Origin: Nemertoderma westbladi
Taxonomy: Eukaryota; Animalia; Xenacoelomorpha
Assembly (NCBI GenBank): GCA_032718475.1
Contig: JAUCBJ010006747.1
Location: 1,663-65,662 of the forward strand
Direction of reading: 5' to 3'
Length of the DNA: 64,000 nucleotides
Part shown: positions 62,701-64,000 of the stretch, piece by piece
Position numbering within the stretch: position 1 is the stretch's first letter
Layout: every line of letters starts with the position of its first letter
Notes under the pieces: generated by a model
Databases searched by the model: none
Told to the model about the DNA's origin: nothing
Seen by the model: the letters and a program-made list of their open reading frames with translations, nothing else
Made by a program: the position numbers and the translations under genes

Positions 62701-64000
62701 ACGATACAACACATTACAAATCATTCGTGGTGACGCAACTGTAAATTTTGGTGCTTGTCTGGTGGGACGAAAATTACAAGTAGCAAACATTTCAAATTGC
62801 AAAAAGCGAATTTGGTTGGATAAAACGATATTTTTGAGTGTCATATTCGTGATCAGCGTCCCAGAAAATCCATAATGTCTAAAAATCAGGTTGATTTGGT
62901 AATGATTTTTGGTTATCAAACTTTTGCAACCGGTACATGTATTTTTCGTGCCGCACATTGACACATATAAAAAAAAATGTTTTATTCGTGTTCAGCATTC
63001 CAAAAAAACCATATGGTTATAAAACAAATTTAATTTTGTGGTGATTTTTCATTATCATATTTACACTACGATTTTTTTTCGTGACCCAGAGGGCACATTC
63101 AAAATTACCAACAATTTTCTAGAATGTTGTATTTGAGTTCAATATTTGTGATCAGTGTCCAAAAAAACCGCTATATAGCGCAAAAAAATTAATTTTAGTG
63201 AATTATAAAAACATTTGAAAATTTTAGCACGAAAAATACCTGAGATGGACCAGAGAAAGGGACCACATCAAAAAATTAACATTGGTTGCGAGAAAAGGGA
63301 CCTGCGTTTTTAATTTTTTGTTTTTATTTAAACACTCCTAACTTTCAATATTTGTGATCAGTGTACAAAAAAACCGCTATATAGCGCAAAAAAATTAATT
63401 TTAGTGAATTATAAAAACATTTGAAAATTTTAGCACGAAAAATACCTGAGATGGACCAGAGAAAGGGACCACATCAAAAAATTAACATTGGTTGCGAGAA
63501 AAGGGACCTGCGTTTTTAATTTTTTGTTTTTATTTAAACACTCCTAACTTTTTAACGAAAAACGATATTAACGAAAACTGGCTCCATATTCGGAAAGCCC
63601 AGAAAATTCTGCATCTAATAGGCCTAAAAACGCAAAATCGACCCCCAGGTCCCTTTTCTCGCAACCAGCCACCATCACCATCAGTGTCACAAAACGTCTA
63701 TGATCACGGTAGATGGTCTGGTAAGCAATTATTGTTCGTGACTGGGGTTTGTGTGGGGATTAAATTTTACTCAAAACCAACCAAACACTGTAGACTGTAG
63801 GCATACTGTAGTTTCACAACAATTACTGTAAGTAGAAGGTAATTAAAGTATTATTTCGGTCTGCTGAATACTGTAACAGGAAGTCGGGGTATTATATTCA
63901 CTCGGTTGTGGTATTATATCTTATATTTAGTCCACTGAGACCCAATACTGTACTGGTTCCGGCTGTGGGAATTATAATTAAACAATACAGTCAACTGCTG
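53760..64000. repeat. Tandem array of ~2.65-2.76-kb composite units (about 3.7 copies, continues off window)
   Basis: Identical ORF-track hits at 55313, 57964, 60728 and 63492 (periods 2651, 2764, 2764). Units carry 1-3 copies of a ~206-bp subrepeat. Confidence 0.95.

Noticed and set aside
55313-63800. Repeated 60-100-aa ORFs in the tandem array as a gene family
   Set aside because: Mostly non-ATG starts, no motifs, and they overlap inverted-repeat elements. Their identity simply reflects recent duplication.

Overview
AT-rich, repeat-dense eukaryotic (probably invertebrate animal) DNA, dominated by a full-length but decaying ~24-kb Maverick/Polinton endogenous virus (18064-42125). The element has AGTAGT...ACTACT termini, TIRs of about 410-450 bp and a perfect 6-bp target-site duplication (GACGAG). 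Its + strand carries a RING protein, packaging ATPase, core proteins, rve integrase, two minor capsid genes, the major capsid, an adenain-like protease and a DEDD-like nuclease. Its - strand carries a PC4-like ORF, a zinc-finger-led protein-primed DNA polymerase B and, overlapping the polymerase stop, a broken TATA-binding-protein-like gene that the ORF track only partly shows. Three nested transposons split Maverick genes, and removing each with one TSD copy restores the reading frame exactly. The Maverick sits inside a degenerate BEL/Pao LTR element that appears to carry a WRN-type exonuclease ORF. Host genes are an intronless F-box/LRR-type CDS and a two-exon Shisa-like single-pass membrane protein, whose last exon is also duplicated as an orphan 41 kb upstream. 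The rest is BEL and CRE-like retroelement debris, MITEs, minisatellites (48, 21 and 21 bp) and a ~2.7-kb-unit tandem array that runs off the right edge. All assignments come from reading motifs by eye; no searches were run.
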